64,000 bases of DNA from Arenicellales bacterium (lineage in GTDB: Bacteria > Pseudomonadota > Gammaproteobacteria > Arenicellales > JAANXG01): NCBI GenBank assembly GCA_030066885.1, contig JASJAT010000044.1, positions 4,138-68,137 on the forward strand. The letters run 5' to 3'. The notes under the pieces were generated by a model that saw only the letters and a list, made by a program, of their open reading frames with translations, did no database searches and was not told the origin of the DNA. The position numbers were made by a program, and so were the translations under genes. This document shows positions 62,520-64,000 of the stretch, one piece after another (the stretch's first letter is position 1; each line of letters starts with the position of its first letter).

Positions 62520-63233
62520 TTGAACAACAGACTAATGGAATCGGTTGTCCTGGGGGTCTGTATATTGCTGGGACTTACGACGCTAGGATACTTTATTGCT
62601 TCCAGCCCGGCCAAATTAAAACAGCATGAAAGAAGCGTCAGCGTCAAAGGTCTGTCGGAACGCGAGGTATTGGCAAACGTCGTTATATGGCCGATAAAGT
62701 TTTCAGCTGCGAACAACGACATTGGAGAGCTTTATCAGACTCTTCAAAAGAACGCAGACCAGATACTGTCCTTTCTGAAATCCCAGGGATTTGCTGAATC
62801 AACATTCACGGTGTCACCCCCGGTAGTAACGGACAAATTAGCCCAAAACTACAGCAACCAAGCTGTTGAGATAAGATATGTAGCGCGGCAGTCGATCACT
62901 GTTTACTACAGCGACATAGAACTGGTCCGACTAGCTAAAAGTAAGCTGGTGGAACTAGGTAAGAGCGGGATCGTATTCATCGGAGACGATCATGAGGCGG
63001 CTACCGAGTATATCTTTACGGGGCTCAATGAATTGAAGCCCGCCATGGTCGAGGAAGCCACCCGAAATGCCCGCGAGGTCGCCCTGAAGTTCGCTAAAGA
63101 CTCAGACAGCAAGTTAGGTAAGATAAAGACTGCCCGACAAGGGCAATTCAGTATCACCAATCGAGATAAGAACAACCCTCATTTCAAGAAAGTCAGAGTA
63201 GTGTCGACTATCGAATACTATTTGTCTGACTAG
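62520..63233 (+). CDS. SIMPL (DUF541) periplasmic protein
   Basis: 237 aa. The TTG start has GAGGA 6 nt upstream. N-terminal anchor, with a C-terminal ...ARQGQFSI... pattern typical of SIMPL proteins. Confidence 0.7.
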   Translation: MNNRLMESVVLGVCILLGLTTLGYFIASSPAKLKQHERSVSVKGLSEREVLANVVIWPIKFSAANNDIGELYQTLQKNADQILSFLKSQGFAESTFTVSPPVVTDKLAQNYSNQAVEIRYVARQSITVYYSDIELVRLAKSKLVELGKSGIVFIGDDHEAATEYIFTGLNELKPAMVEEATRNAREVALKFAKDSDSKLGKIKTARQGQFSITNRDKNNPHFKKVRVVSTIEYYLSD

Positions 63234-63493
63234 TAAAAAGAACACCAGATATTAAAAAGCTGTACGTCATGAAAAGTGAACTTTGTGGCCTTTTCAGCTG
63301 CTGCCTGTGAGTAGACCTGGTGATTTCTCTCGAAAATCACCAAATCACAACTTCATCCCATTACCTTCATGTCCTGCGTAGGGTATGTTGGCACAATGCT
63401 GCCGCGTTTAAGCGGCACCGTGGCACGTTATGGTTTTTAGTGATCTAATGCGACAGCATGAATTTGAATGAAACAACAGCCAAATAGATCGTT

Positions 63494-64000
63494 GTGGCAA
63501 CCTATGATTGCGATGTGCTGGTCATTGGCGGGGGCATACATGGTGTAGGTGTTGCCCAAGCGGCCGCAGCCGCGGGTTACGAAGTCGTCGTGCTGGAACA
63601 AAACGATCTGGCCAGTGGAACATCCAGCCGTTCAAGTAAATTAATTCACGGTGGGCTGCGTTATCTCGAAGGCGCTCAGTTCTCATTAGTTAGAGAATCA
63701 CTGCACGAACGTGAGCTCCTGCTAAGGCTTGCCCCCACTCTGGTCAAGCGTCAAAAATTCTTTATCCCAATCTATCCAGAGACCTCGCGACGGCCCTGGC
63801 TGATGCGCCTCGGTTTGGGCGTCTATGCCCTGTTCTCCGGGATGGGGCCGTATGCGAGGTTTCGATCGATACCAAAGGCCGAATGGGAGGCGCTGGATGG
63901 CCTCAAGACAGACCGGTTGCAGCATGTATTTCAATATTGGGACGCCCAGACCGACGACGTGCTACTTACTCAAGCGGTCATGAACTCGGCTCAACAGCTG
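63494..64000 (+). CDS. glpD: FAD-dependent glycerol-3-phosphate dehydrogenase, N-terminal 169 codons (continues past the window end)
   Basis: My translation from GTG 63494 is MATYDCDVLVIGGGIHGVGVAQAAAAAGYEVVVLEQNDLASGTSSRSSKLIHGGLRYLE... An in-frame TAG lies 9 nt upstream. Confidence 0.85.
   Translation, partial: MATYDCDVLVIGGGIHGVGVAQAAAAAGYEVVVLEQNDLASGTSSRSSKLIHGGLRYLEGAQFSLVRESLHERELLLRLAPTLVKRQKFFIPIYPETSRRPWLMRLGLGVYALFSGMGPYARFRSIPKAEWEALDGLKTDRLQHVFQYWDAQTDDVLLTQAVMNSAQQL

Overview
Origin-proximal chromosomal segment with Gammaproteobacteria-type gene order. Hand-counted 60-nt lines are mostly 50-58 % GC. I saw no rRNA, tRNA, CRISPR array, transposase or integrase. Minus-strand core block: glmU (partial), atpCDGAHFEBI, parB, parA, rsmG, then an ~11 kb accessory block (10529-21670), then mnmG, mnmE, yidC, rnpA, rpmH. 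The accessory block holds a PP2C phosphatase, a Ugp/CUT1-like ABC importer with an unannotated 54-codon membrane ORF, and a divergent operon. That operon encodes a TIM-barrel protein, an AraM-like glycerol-1-phosphate dehydrogenase homologue, a HAD-IIB phosphatase, a DeoR regulator and an FGGY kinase. Plus-strand core: dnaA, dnaN, gyrB. recF is absent, and two near-consensus parS sites occupy the dnaN-gyrB spacer. The rest is mixed housekeeping and accessory: apaG, apaH, pip, mlaA-like, rhomboid; a CBS-DUF294 nucleotidyltransferase converging on an srkA plus membrane PAS/DEDDh-exonuclease operon; a GT-C glycosyltransferase; a glycine-zipper lipoprotein; a serine-hydrolase/GDPD fusion; a possibly truncated TPR gene; TlpA-like and cupin proteins. 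It continues with a Dpp/Opp-type ABC importer interrupted by an orphan secreted ORF, an FAD oxidoreductase, ppk1, usp, padR, a Cache-HAMP class III cyclase, an MFS transporter, a SIMPL protein and the start of glpD. The most interesting candidates for undescribed biology are two: (i) the kinase / sensor-exonuclease / DUF294 nucleotidyltransferase module, and (ii) the glycerol-phosphate-themed island carrying a G1P-dehydrogenase homologue. All functional calls rest on motifs I read in the supplied translations plus my own translations of short or partial ORFs. No database search was run.
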